A stretch of DNA of 63,779 nucleotides, the filler included, from Rhabdomonas costata (Eukaryota): NCBI GenBank assembly GCA_019059605.1. It is 36 parts of 36 records of this genome, joined end to end, with 100 filler letters (N's around TTAATTAATTAA, not from the genome) between each part and the next. Parts side by side here need not be neighbours in the genome. Positions count along the whole stretch, not along the records: positions 10,655 to 12,328 come from JAHMHO010010844.1; positions 12,429 to 14,103 come from JAHMHO010010845.1; positions 14,204 to 15,870 come from JAHMHO010010846.1; positions 15,971 to 17,645 come from JAHMHO010010847.1; positions 17,746 to 19,421 come from JAHMHO010010848.1; positions 19,522 to 21,196 come from JAHMHO010010849.1; positions 21,297 to 22,971 come from JAHMHO010010850.1; positions 23,072 to 24,745 come from JAHMHO010010851.1; 28 more parts are not named here. One strand, written 5' to 3'. The position numbers and the translations under genes are program-made. Below the pieces are notes generated by a model. The model was not told the DNA's origin. It did not search any database and worked only from the letters and a program-made list of their open reading frames with translations. This document shows, one piece after another, positions 11,301 through 23,808 of this stretch. Each line of letters opens with the position of its first letter. Position 1 is the stretch's first letter.

Positions 11301-14300
11301 TTAGAGCGTAAGGGTAGGAGTATCACCATGACTGTAGGGGTAAATATGCATGAGAGGAAGAACTCTACCATGACTCCCTCCGCTGGTGCCTTTCATCCTC
11401 CCTCCTACTACGCATGGCTCCACTACGTGACCCTCGCTTCGTGACTCCAACGCTAACCCTTCCACCTCCACTCTCACTCAGGTATTCCACTCCGGCCTAA
11501 GCCCGGACGGATATGCACGTAGGCACCTAATGGTGGGGAAGTGCATGCGTAGTGACACGTATATGTGATGGATGTTGGGTATTCCTTCTTCTGAGTTGAG
11601 AGGGGCATGATGAGTGTATGTATGTATGTATGGTGATGATGGGTGGCGTGGGGCCCCCGAGAAGTATTTGCAGGTCGTGATGTCTTCGCTGCGCTCATCC
11701 ATCACTCCCTAGATATAGTGGTTCGTCACTTCACCGCTATGCGGTTCCGTTCCTCACGATGTAAGTGTACGTTGAACCGTGGCAAGAGCCACCTCGTGCG
11801 CCGCAGTCGTCAGACCAGCAGAAACGTCGGACTTCTCGGAGGAGTGACACCGGGGTGCCATGCATGGCTCCAAGAGTGTTGGGCCGCTGCTGAGAGCCCC
11901 GCTCACAAAGTCCTGGGTGCTGGAGGGAAGATCCTCCTCGTAGTCATCGTCGAAGCCGCTGCATAATGCGCAACCCGGACACACTTCAGGCATCTCGCCA
12001 TCCAGCTCCAGGGGGTGAGTCTGTGTATAATGGTGACGTAGCCTGCGAAGAAATGCAGGCTTCTGAAGAAGAGGACGGGCCGGCGAAACCTCCCCAGGCT
12101 GAGACTCCGAAACTCCGCCACCCTCTGCCGAAAAAATGAAAAGTCAATTCCACTCAACAAACGGGAGCGGCCTTGCCTCACTCGCTGACTCCTCGAATCC
12201 CCAAGGATAATTTGAAAATTGAACAGGACCAAAACGGAATGAAGAACAGAACTTCGACCCATCTATTTTCCGCCAAAAAAAAGGCCCTCCCCCCTCAGCT
12301 TCATGCTTACGGTCAACCCCCACAACAANNNNNNNNNNNNNNNNNNNNNNNNNNNNNNNNNNNNNNNNNNNNTTAATTAATTAANNNNNNNNNNNNNNNN
12401 NNNNNNNNNNNNNNNNNNNNNNNNNNNNTTGTTGTTGTTTGACTTGGGTGCAGTTGTGCCTTTCGCGTCTGTGCATACCTTCAAATTGAGGGGACGCTGC
12501 GCGATCGGAATTTCCGCCAATGGCTTCTCAACTTGGGAGTTGTCGTTCGGCTTGTATACGGTCGCGGTGCTTCTTGGGCACAGCTCGCGACAATCACCAA
12601 GGAGGTTCCGACGTGCGCGGTTCAGGAGTCTACTCGAGCAGCTCCCGCGGTCCCTGCGCCCACCGGACGAAGGACGGCTGCGCAGCCCTGGCCCTCACTG
12701 ACCGCATACCTGACCGCTGGGTGCACCTCCCGAGGTCACCATGAGGAGTCCCTGGTGTGTCTGCCCCTGACTTAGTTTTGATGCGCGGTATCGCTCATCG
12801 GTTCTAGTAGTTCCATGTTCCCATTCGGACAAGTTGTGGGGCTGCACAGACTAATTTATCGTCATGACAACGTCACCATAAACAGAAGGATTTCTTCTCG
12901 TTGTTGAGGAAATGCCGAAAGTTGGAAGTGACCTCAAAGTTTCCTTCGTTTACTTCTTCCGTGTAAGATTTCAGGTGTCGCAAAATCTGCGCTGCTGTCT
13001 TTTCAGGTCAGCCCCACACCTACCTCAACGACACGCACCGCAGCCCCTGAGCTCGCGGATCCTTCTCGGTTTGTCCACCGCTTCTCGATTGTCTTCCGCC
13101 CACGATCCCTCACAAACTCCCCTTCCCTTTCACAAGCGCAGACTGTGCTCACTGCTTCCTCTCTATCGTTCTCTTTCCCACAGTTTGGCAGTGGATGTGC
13201 CTGTGGACTTGGCCATGGTGCTGCAATCATGCGTCCAGGAGGTTTCCTCTCTCCGCGGTGTGCCTCTTCTCCTGTTGAGGTTTCTTGCCGCGACCGCGAA
13301 ACTTTTTTGTCTTTGCTGAGTCGCAGGGACATCCATCCTTTTGCTTCAGTGATTGCATCCAAACGCGTCAAATTGTGCTCTTAGAATCGATGCTGGCGCC
13401 TCTGGACTCCACAAACATTAAGTGTGTAGGTCCATTTTTCCTCATGGTGGCAACTGTTTTACCAGAGCGGAGAATCTTGAAGGACAGTGAAGCGCCCGGC
13501 GGAACTTCAGTGAGACATCATCGCAGTGCGAGCATGGGGATCCGGAGCAGAGTTGAGCATTTTGCTCTGGAGGTGACTTGCTTGTGCTTTCATATTTGTC
13601 CGCGGACGAATGCGCATCCCCTCCTACGTCCCGCTCCGACTCCACCCGACGGTCACCCTGAACCACCAGACTCACTATTCCTTCCAACTGCCATTTCTGC
13701 CCTTTCGTTCCCTTGCCTTCCCTTTTTATTCAACGGATTTAAGATGTACGTTAGGGATTAATGTGATGCGGTTGTATGGTAGCATTGCATGTGTGAAGGG
13801 GGTCCCCCCCCCACTCGATTCCATTGACTGTCTGGAGTTGTTTTGGCCGAGTTCTGGTGGTTTTGCCATGTCCCTGCTCTTTGCTGTGATTTTGTCCGCC
13901 AGTTTCAGTGTGATGTCGCAGTTGTCTGTCTTCACGCGACGCCAGTGTCATGACGTCAGTGTCATGGACGCCAGTGTCATGCAGTACTCCAGTACTCAGC
14001 ACAACGTTCCAAATAGGGCGAGCACTGCGTGCCTCGGTGCCGGCCCTCATCGGAGTTCTCAGGTGGATCCACGCTGGGCTCGCAGAAGGTACCCCCCCAA
14101 AAANNNNNNNNNNNNNNNNNNNNNNNNNNNNNNNNNNNNNNNNNNNNTTAATTAATTAANNNNNNNNNNNNNNNNNNNNNNNNNNNNNNNNNNNNNNNNN
14201 NNNGGGGGTGTGGTCGCCAGAGCGTGTCTGTTTATGTGCGTGCTTGGTTTTGTCTATCTTTCTGACCAATCATGTAAAGTATTGGAGCGAAGGATAACGA

Positions 14301-14483
14301 ATGGCAGCTGGCCATACTATAGTGCTGTGCAGTTTTTCGATCAAAGGAGGAAAGAAGCTTCTTGCGTTGATTGTTGGTTGATTGGGTACTGTATGTTTCC
14401 GTTGCGGCGCTGAGCAATCACATTCGAAGGGTGAACGCAGGCCAAGGAATGTTCTTGCGAAATGATTGCAGATGACTGAAGGT

Positions 14484-14519
14484 GGATGGATGGATGGATG
14501 GATGGATGGATGGATGGAT
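14484..14519 (+). repeat. (GGAT)9 microsatellite
   Basis: Perfect tetranucleotide repeat. Confidence 0.95.
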
Positions 14520-15529
14520 TGTCGGGAAAGTGGTTTTGGCTAGCTGCCCTTCCCTTACGTCGCCTTTCTAATCATACATGTGACCTGCTGCTTCGCTGAC
14601 ACCAGCCCCGCAACCCCTTTATAATCGTCGTCGTCATCCACCAGCACCGCCTTGTCGTCCCCGTTTCTACGCACTACTAAAATGCCAACCAAAAGGGCCG
14701 CAAAAGGGCACCCAAGTGTCGCGACTTTCCATTCCCGATATGCCAAATGGAAACGGAACGTTTTGAACCCCTCCCCCTCCCCACGTTTGCCTGGGACTTT
14801 TGCCTGTGCATTTGAGCAAAATACCGCTTTCATATTTCGGGTCGCAATATGAAGTTCTGGTCAGGTGTTGGCCCAAGATACCCCTTTCCCCACACACGCA
14901 CACACCTCCAAACTCCTCACATGCGTGTCTATTTGGTTTCACTGTGCATTTTTTATCGTGCAACGCTGTTGTGGAGGCATGGTGGTGGTGGTGGGGCAAT
15001 CACCAACGCGCAGCTGTTTCAGTGCTACGCCTTAATCCCCTTTGGTCCCCTTTGGTCGCCTGGAGTGAATATTGCTTCGAGTCCAGGGTCAGTTGGCTTC
15101 CAAACCTCTTGTCCATGTAATCTTCAATGGACCAAAAAGTCCATTGAAGATAATCTGGACCAGAGTGGTAGAGTAAGTGCGAAAGAATTGGAAATGAACT
15201 CAAGCAATGCAAGGATTCAATTTAAGGCAGCTATAATGTTTAGGCACTTTCTCCTTCTCAAAGTCAGCTCAAGCTTGTTTGGTTCAACGACAGAAGGATA
15301 CCACCTTGTACCTGTGATTCTGTGGTTTTGTGGTTGGAAATGTACTATTGTGTAGAGTCTGGCATGGCGATGGTTTCTTGATCGACCGGTGGAATTTTGG
15401 TGCTTACGACTGTTGCTTTTCTCTGTAAGCTCCGTTTGTCAATGAACGCATGCACGCCACGCAGCTGATTTTTTCTGTGGGGGCTTGCATCGGGACTTTG
15501 CTTGTCGTATTCTTGCATAAGTCAGCGGA

Positions 15530-15810
15530 ATGGCTGGATTATACGCGATGACCGGTTTTAATGCCTTCCGCAAGGACATGGTTCACCCGCTGAAGCAGCA
15601 AGGCATGTGCCTGTGAGTGCTTTACCTCTGTTCTTCTGTTTAGAAAACATCGCTAATCGTGATACCACTTTTCAGTTTTACCAAGAACGTTTAGGAGAGG
15701 CTGCATTCCATCCGTACGACTCCGACGAAAGGAAGGGGGAGGGACTACAGAATATACGGCACTTCTGCACAGGCACGCACCAAGCAATTTGCAAGAAGGA
15801 AGTGATCTGA
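15530..15810 (+). CDS. Unknown protein, 3' exons 15530-15602 and 15644-15810
   Basis: MAGLYAMTGFNAFRKDMVHPLKQQ joins ENIANRDTTFQFYQERLGE...KKEVI* only if the 41-nt GC-AG intron 15603-15643 is removed. No homologue recognised. Confidence 0.4.
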
Positions 15811-16138
15811 GGGAAAAAATTTGCAAACAAAGTGAAACAGGAAAGAAAAGTACCCAACACACTCAACACANNNNNNNNNNNNNNNNNNNNNNNNNNNNNN
15901 NNNNNNNNNNNNNNTTAATTAATTAANNNNNNNNNNNNNNNNNNNNNNNNNNNNNNNNNNNNNNNNNNNNGGTTGTTGGTGGGCGTGACCAGATACACCA
16001 ACGCCCACCAATGGTTCGAGGGAAATAATGGTGGCGCGTCACAGATATTCTCGGCAAGTTGGATCTGAACAGCTGGAGAGAGGGTTTTAACTTCGACAAT
16101 GAGACGGGAGAAGGCGGGGGCAACAGCGTGCGGCACAC

Positions 16139-17592
16139 CCTTCGCTTGCTGCGAGGCATCACACTGCAGGTGTGCCCGAAGCGCGGCGTAGTCTTTCCAG
16201 CCCGACCAGCTTGGAGAAAACCTGCACAACAGCAGGGCAGGATCCCTTGATCTTCACCAAAATAAAGGACGGATGGGGAGTGGGGAGGGGTGAGAAAAGG
16301 CCACCTTGGCACCCTGCCATCACCAGATCTCCCCACTGGTCACTGCAGAGATCGGGACAGCCAATGCACGTTACATGGCTGAACAAGGGAACAAGGGGAT
16401 CGCGTTTCTCTATATTTGAAACAAATGGAAGAAATGTGTTGTGGGGACAAAGACGAAAGCGCTTAAATCCAACTCGAAACCAGAGCAACCACCACCTCTT
16501 TATCAAGCGCTTCGTTTCACTGACCACGACTAATCCAGAGGCCGGTGCGAGTCAGTGCGTCAGTGCGTTACCACTGTCCGTCTGCGGCGGGGCATGAGGG
16601 GAATTGGCCGCTCAAGGCATTCGATCCCCCGTTCGAATTGGAGTGCGCTTGGATTCACTCCATGAGAAGACATTCCACCACTGGCACGACGACGATATGC
16701 AAGCGAGAGACGGGAGGGGGAAGGGGGGAACAGCCATGAGCCCCAACCAACCGAACACCCGAGAGGCAACCACCTACTGCACAACCTTCCCAATGAGCAC
16801 CTGAACACTTCGCAGGCAACTTCCAGGCCCCCCCCTGCTCCACCCACAAAGGAAACCTGCCTTTCCACTCCGTCACGCCCCAGAGGTCGCGCAGCTGCAC
16901 CAGGACCTGGCCTTCCCAGCTCTCGACGCGGTGGATGCTGTACGCGTGGTTGGCGTGGATGCCGCTGCCTGCACCCACCCTTACGCCTACCACTCACCTT
17001 CACTTTTCCCCTCATTCCAAAGGAGCTGACCACGAGGCGAATACTTACATTAACTTCAAGCGGCAGACGGCCAGTGGGAATCATGGGAAGCCAACGCACA
17101 ACGATACGCTCACCCAAAAAGGAAAGGGAACGAGGAAGAAGTTTGTCTCTGGACTGTTTCCGGACTGGGTTGAAAATTCACGTATCACAATCAGATTTTG
17201 GTGCATGCTTGAGGTGCTAATATCATCGACACACGCCAGTCCAAATTGCATCAAGCACTCATCTACATAATCCATCGTTTCCATCGAAGCAAAATTTTAT
17301 TTCGGGAGGGGGATGTTCAAACGGCGACGATATGAGAACGTAGGCTACGGATGAAAATGGGCATAGATGAGGGCGGAGCCGAGGGGGGTGGGGAGAGATC
17401 CGAACCGACACGGGCGGCGTCGATTAAGTCCCGGCGAGAGGCTCGAAAAACGGCCGCCAGGAGAGCAGCTCTGCTCGACAGGCCTTCCCGCAGGAACTGC
17501 AGCAAGGCACCTTTCGTGACGACCTCCCGGGCCTGCGCCACTCCTGGGACCACGAAGTTGCGGCACAGCCCTCCCGTGAGGTCAGACAGGGC
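16139..17592 (-). CDS. Calpain-like protein, CysPc domain exons 17592-17406, 16968-16857, 16221-16139
   Basis: ALSDLTGG, GIHANHAYSI, VQLRDLWGVTEWKGRFS and the downstream W match the calpain motifs EAL.DLTGG, GHAYS and RNPWG..EW.G. GT-AG junctions are in frame. Confidence 0.88.
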
Positions 17593-17745
17593 CTATTGAA
17601 GAGAAAGAGATAGAGAGAAGCACAAGAAAAAGCGGCACAAGGGATNNNNNNNNNNNNNNNNNNNNNNNNNNNNNNNNNNNNNNNNNNNNTTAATTAATTA
17701 ANNNNNNNNNNNNNNNNNNNNNNNNNNNNNNNNNNNNNNNNNNNN

Positions 17746-18162
17746 GGTGGGGTGGACCATTGGGACGTCCAGGGACGGGTCACCAAGATCGAGACCCATT
17801 GGTGGGACAACGTGTGGTTCCTGCAGTTCACGTACAAGGACCACGTTGGGGCTGGGGTGGGAAGCTCCCAGGGAGGCCTGTCCCAGATCATCACTCCGCC
17901 CCCCGGGAAGGCCTTCAACGGGCTGACGTTTGGGCTGGCGAAGACCTCCCACCTTCTGTCGTGGGTGAACTTTGCGATGGGCAACGTCAGCACAGGGCCG
18001 CTGGGGAATGTGAATCACGAGCCGGCCTACGCAGTGAACGCCGTGGTGGATCCGGAGTACCAGCTCACGCAGTGGGGGTGGCGTGTGAAGGACCAGCGCA
18101 TCATTGCGGTGGAGTTCTTGTACCGGCACTCCAGCAAGTTCCCCGCAAAGGGAAAGGCTTAA
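17746..18162 (+). CDS. Jacalin-like (beta-prism) lectin domain, C-terminal fragment
   Basis: GC3-rich open frame. RVTKIETHW...FLQFTY...G.GSSQGG...STGPLG...IIAVEFLY resembles the jacalin strand pattern. Confidence 0.5.
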   Translation, partial: GGVDHWDVQGRVTKIETHWWDNVWFLQFTYKDHVGAGVGSSQGGLSQIITPPPGKAFNGLTFGLAKTSHLLSWVNFAMGNVSTGPLGNVNHEPAYAVNAVVDPEYQLTQWGWRVKDQRIIAVEFLYRHSSKFPAKGKA

Positions 18163-19522
18163 GCGCCCCACCCGGATTATTTTTTGTGTCAGTGCCCTTC
18201 CTGAAGATCTTCTTTGTGTTTATCATCCGTGTGGTCTCTTCTATTTTAATCATAACTTAGCGCTCACCCCAACTGCTGCTTCTGCCCCGTGAGTTCACAG
18301 GTGCATCAAGTTAAGAAATCTGTGTTACATGCGACGTTCATGAAACGCTCAGCGGTGCACTCCCACATCCCATGTTGTGGAGAACCGATCGCCAAACCAT
18401 CTCCGCAAAAACCTCTTTAGAAAACCAATAACTAAGCTGGAAGCTCCCCGGCCGGCGTTGTGGGCCTGCATCTTTTTGGGGGAACAGAAAACGGCTCCGG
18501 TGGCTTTGAAGGGGTTGGAATGCAATTCTATCATCCCTACTACCCTCCAGTCCTTCGACTAGAATAGGCGGCACGGTAGTCCGTGCTTTGCGGGATTGAA
18601 GCAGCAGTAATCTCCGCCCGTTTCTCTTCCAGGGGTGTGCTGTGTACATCCGCTGGACTCAATTTCTCATGCATCTACAGCTCTCTTTCTCCTTTCCTCT
18701 CATGCATTTCTTTTTTCATCCGATATTATGGTGTTCAGGAAAGCATTCTGTTTTTGTGATGGGGCATCTGCCCCGCATCCCCCTTGGACTTTTCCGACGG
18801 GTTTTTTTTGCTGATGTATTTACCCAACACCCCGACACGCGAGATCTTCACGACACGTGGACAACATCTTTAGCAGTATCGTCTGGCCGCTGCCTCTTGC
18901 CTAAGCCTTATTCTTCTTTTGGTTGGTTGCAGCAGGCCAGCTGATGACAATGATGTTGACGAAAGGCGGCGCTCCGTTTCTTTTCCCTCGACTCTTCCTG
19001 GTCCAAGCCACGGCGCGGAAGAGGGAAGTGCGTAGCGCTTGTGCAGGAAAGGAAAGCCCTCCTATCTTCCCATCGTCTGAAGCCGAAGGCTGCATTACGT
19101 GGAAAAGAGTAACGGCCTCACACAGGATTTCTGCGAGTTGACGTTTTGATTGGTAACTTTGAGTAGGGTTTTGCTTTTCACGTCCATCTGTGTCGCTACA
19201 GTGAAATTTGGAAGACTTTACTACAGCTTGGGGGTAGACGTTTTGGACGCAGCTAACGGTCAGTTTTTGTAAACCCACCTTGGAGTATGTATGGAGGTGC
19301 AGGTTTGGCAGCACCGAACATCCGAACATCTTCTTCTGAGTTCAGCATTTAGGAGGGATGACGAGCGTAGCGAGGCATCCCGACATCAAGGCTTTCTTTT
19401 GCATTAGGGCCCCCACACAAANNNNNNNNNNNNNNNNNNNNNNNNNNNNNNNNNNNNNNNNNNNNTTAATTAATTAANNNNNNNNNNNNNNNNNNNNNNN
19501 NNNNNNNNNNNNNNNNNNNNNG

Positions 19523-20485
19523 TTGGGGCCTGCAAGCATCGAAGCATTAGTTGCCTACCCAAGCTTCCCAAAACTGACTTTTTTGGATGTCAGCCGCAAT
19601 CCGATCGGCAATTCGGGATTACAGACGCTTGCAAGCTCGGGCTTCTTCTCCAACCTCACCTCCTTGAATGTCAGCTACAGCAACATTGACGTCACCGGAT
19701 TTCGTGCACTTGCAGAATCGCCTCACTTCCCGATGTTGGCCAATTTGAATATGGGTGGCAACCAGTCAGGCAATCCAGGAGTGAGGGCTCTCGCGACTTC
19801 AGCGTGGCTTTACCGGCTCACGCACTTGAATCTCGAGAGCAACGGGATTGGCGGTGTGGGTGCGCGGGAGCTTGCCGCTTCGCCCTGCTTTAAAAGCCTA
19901 ACGTCACTGGATGTCTGCGACAATGTCATAGGCGATGTAGGACTGCAAGCCCTTGCCGCCACTGCTTTTTTCACCAGCTTAACTGCCTTGAATGTTGGTC
20001 TCAACGCAATTGGCGTTCCTGGGATGCAAGCGCTTTCGGCTCCCAACAGCTTTCAAAAACTCACCTCGCTGAATGCCAGTGGGAATTGCCTCGGGGATCT
20101 GGGTGTGGAAGCTCTTGCTAGTTCCTTCAACTTCACTGAACTCACGGCCCTCGATGTTAGCAGCAACCGCATTGGTGATTCCGGACTTGAGGCATTATCA
20201 ACTTCAGCTGTGTTTTTCAACTTAACATCTTTGGTTCTTCGGGACAACTGGATCGGAAATCCTGGGCTTGAGGCGCTGGCAACCTCATCTCACCTCTCCA
20301 AACTTTCGTCCTTGGACCTCAGTTTCAACCAAGTCAGAGCGGCCGGGTTGGAGGCCCTCGCGGGTTCTGCTCATTTTCCCAACCTTACTCACCTTGATGT
20401 CCGTGACAACCGCGTTGGAGATACGAGAATGCAGAGGCTTGTGGCTTCGGACTTCTTTCCGACGGTGGCTTTCCTGCAATATTGA
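19523..20485 (+). CDS. Leucine-rich repeat protein (about 11 x 28-aa RI-like repeats), 5'-truncated, intron-less
   Basis: Repeats of LTxLDVxxNxIGxxGLxALAxSxxFxx throughout the 320-aa ORF. Confidence 0.93.
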   Translation: MGPASIEALVAYPSFPKLTFLDVSRNPIGNSGLQTLASSGFFSNLTSLNVSYSNIDVTGFRALAESPHFPMLANLNMGGNQSGNPGVRALATSAWLYRLTHLNLESNGIGGVGARELAASPCFKSLTSLDVCDNVIGDVGLQALAATAFFTSLTALNVGLNAIGVPGMQALSAPNSFQKLTSLNASGNCLGDLGVEALASSFNFTELTALDVSSNRIGDSGLEALSTSAVFFNLTSLVLRDNWIGNPGLEALATSSHLSKLSSLDLSFNQVRAAGLEALAGSAHFPNLTHLDVRDNRVGDTRMQRLVASDFFPTVAFLQY

Positions 20486-23400
20486 CGCTGCCCATTGTGA
20501 GCTGTGAGGGGATATTTTTTTCAAACCCTGATCTTGTCACGTGCTTCTTGGCTCTATCGTCGTTCTTGTTAATCTTGATAATCGGTAATGCGCCTCTTTC
20601 TTCGTTTGTTCGATGTGAAATACGAGACTACAAGTTGATTCTGACGGGAGAGGTCGAGCTTTCCTTGCTGAGTTGTGGCGGGGGAAACAAAGCTCACTCA
20701 GGGTGGTTCTGTATTATTTCATGGACTGGTTACTGCCATATTTTTTATCAGTGGACACTGCGGCTTTATATTTGTTCATCGGTTTGTCACAATGGACTGT
20801 GTGCACGTTTTGCACTTGTCCTCTCTGTGGTAAAATCAATAGGCATTATATCACTTGGTAAGGATACGCCATCAGCGGTGCTGTGCTCATCGATGCGGAC
20901 GTTGTCGTCATCTGACCTGACCTCTGACCTCCCTCCTCCACCTGCTCTGCCCTCAAAGCACATACGTTGCTGTTTGTGGGGATGGGCTTTCTAACTCTAC
21001 TGAGAAAACCCTAAGTAGTCGCGAACACCTGCACAGTCCCTTGCCATGTAAACCCTTTTCTGTGTCGTTTGTTTTATGTTTTTAATTTGATACCACCTCG
21101 CGCTTCGCACGACCAGCCCTCGTCCGACCTAATACTCGCTGATACTCGCTGGTCCATCTCAGCGTCCTCAAACACCAACCACCCACACCCAACACANNNN
21201 NNNNNNNNNNNNNNNNNNNNNNNNNNNNNNNNNNNNNNNNTTAATTAATTAANNNNNNNNNNNNNNNNNNNNNNNNNNNNNNNNNNNNNNNNNNNNGTTG
21301 TTTTTTGAAGATCATCCACGAATTGGTATCTTTCACTGTTTTTTTTGCTGCTGTTTTTGTTGTTGCAGTCCTCCGCCCGTTCGCCGCATGTCTTGCGCTT
21401 AAGCTCCCAGCATCCGCTTTGATCCTGACGAACTTTCAGTTGTGGCAGGTGCAGCCCACATTGTCATGTCTGCCGACATGAAGAATTACGCACGCAGTTA
21501 TCAAGTCCTTTAATCGACTGTTTGCCACGACGACGTCAGCTGGTAAAACAAGCATTGACGGAACCGGTGAAGTGAATGCTCGAAAAAATGAAAAACATTC
21601 TGGTGCACTCCTGGGGGTGATGCAACTCCGATGGGTGTGCGTTTCGGTGCACTGGAGTCCGAACACTCGTGGGGAACATGTGTAACCTCGCATCACCCAT
21701 TGGTATAACTCGTGCACTAGCAGATGCTTGTGCAGAAAGTTGCCAAGCTCGCTGGTCGTGTGCCTGAAAAGCTCAAATCAATCAACGAAGAGTACTTCGA
21801 AAGTCGCCGCACTGTCGAGCCAACGCAGCTGAAGATGGCGCAAGCTTTCTTCAGGATGCTTGTTGCTAATTCAGCATGATACCCGGGAACTCTGCGGAAC
21901 ATTTGAGCACGCAGGAGTGCTGATTTGACGTAGCCTCATAGGGGATGCAGCCCACTTGGATGCTATCAAACGTCGAGAAAACGCCTACACCATGTCAAGC
22001 GAGTTCGGTTACACGGAAGTCAGGGGACACCCTTGCGTTCTAGGATACTCGACGCTGGACTTTCTCGCCTCTATATATTTGTTTGCGAGGTCAGTGTTTT
22101 TGCCGGACCTGGGGATGGAGGAAGTAGTGCAACCGATAGAAGTGAGCGAGCACAGAAGGTAGTGCGCCCGTCAAACTGCGAATTTAAAGCTGCAGTGAGG
22201 TTTGCAGTGAAACTCCACCCTACAGAGAGGGGATCTAATCACTGATGGCACAAGACGCAAGACATTCATGATGCACGACCGGATACGTGACCGCTGTGTA
22301 TGTATGTGTTGGCCTAATGCTCAGGCAAATTGATGCGAGCTGTATCCATGAGGTCGCTCGCCCCCCAGCATATCTGCATCTTTCAAGATTACGGAGAATA
22401 ATTTAAACAATCCCTTACCTGAGGCAAAATTACAAAGGCTCAAAGCCCGTAAAGCCCGGGACAGAGTTCACAGGCCACCAACAGCACGCCACCGGTCAGT
22501 TGAAGGCACGTGGACAAACACCCACCCACTCACCCACACTGACTTATTCAGAGAGCTGAGTGTGTGAGGTGGAACAAGGAACTGTGAGACACCCAAAACC
22601 TAACTCGGCTCGAATCCTTGTACAAATTTTGTGCACATATATCTGGTGAGGGTTCGAGGTCCGTCGTCCCCCCAGGGCTGCCAACCCTCGATGGATCATA
22701 GTCCACGTTATCTTGTTACTCCCTTTTCAGGCAGAGTTAGCCATGGGACTGACGATCCTCATTATACGCGGGGCCTCGGCAACACTGGCTGACACACACA
22801 CATACGCATGCACTTCCATCGGGAAGGGTGCAGCAGCAAAGACAGCAGCAGCAGCAGAGGCGGCGGCGGCGGCGGCAGCAGCAGCACAAACCCCTCAAAA
22901 CACACATACGCATACACTTTCAGGTGTGGTTCATCGCAGAAGCCACAGAGTCAACAATTTTAATGACCAGANNNNNNNNNNNNNNNNNNNNNNNNNNNNN
23001 NNNNNNNNNNNNNNNTTAATTAATTAANNNNNNNNNNNNNNNNNNNNNNNNNNNNNNNNNNNNNNNNNNNNTGTGTGGTGAGCTGTTAATCAGACGAAGT
23101 CCTAACAAGTTTCAGTAGCAGAATAAATAGCTACAACATACGCCATGCTCACGTTAGTTACAATATACGCCATGACAAATTTGCGTGTCTGCGTGCAGTT
23201 TCACTACATTTTCCTCGTTTAGCAGCTAAAAGCGCATAAAGCCCAGTTTTTCCAGAGAACGGCGTCTTTTGCCAAACCGATGAAGACGCCAATGTCGCCG
23301 ACGAGGACTCGTTTACCAATCCGCAGCGTGATGTGTAACACACAGCAAGGCGTCGTTTACCAGATGTTTAATCTGGAATCTTTCACCGGTTTTTGGTTAA

Positions 23401-23808
23401 AAAGGACAGTTTAATAGCAATAGTGCACACATTGAAATTTCTGTTTTTATTATCTTGTTTACATTGGCAGGTGAATCAACTGAACCTAAATGTCACTAGA
23501 ATTAGTGATTGTACCGCTCCATTTCCATTATTTAGTTTCAAACATTCTCCAATTTAATTTGGTTATGGTAGGTCACCTTCCAATTAAAAGTGCAATTACC
23601 AAGGATAAATGCAATCAATGAGTGAACCATCTCAGCCATGATGGACCGTTTCACTCACACAGGAGCTCCCTACTCAGATAATCGCACAAGAAACAGCATT
23701 TCCGTTGCAAGCGATGCAGCTAATGCAAAAATAAAATGTAAGACGCTGGAGGCACAGCAGATGTTTTCGAAGCGCAGTGCCTAAGCCCAGAAGCATCTCA
23801 TCAAGCAG

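Noticed and set aside
11621..11645. YGDD (RT/RdRp-like motif) in one plus frame
   Set aside because: Generated by a (GTAT)n microsatellite; the frame has several TGA stops and no other polymerase motifs.
18941..18965. CTGATGA...GAAA hammerhead-like core
   Set aside because: Stem II cannot close (C opposite C) and I found no stem I/III pairing.
22831..22885. Poly-Ala/Gln ORFs from a GCA/GCG run
   Set aside because: Simple trinucleotide repeat with no supporting coding context.
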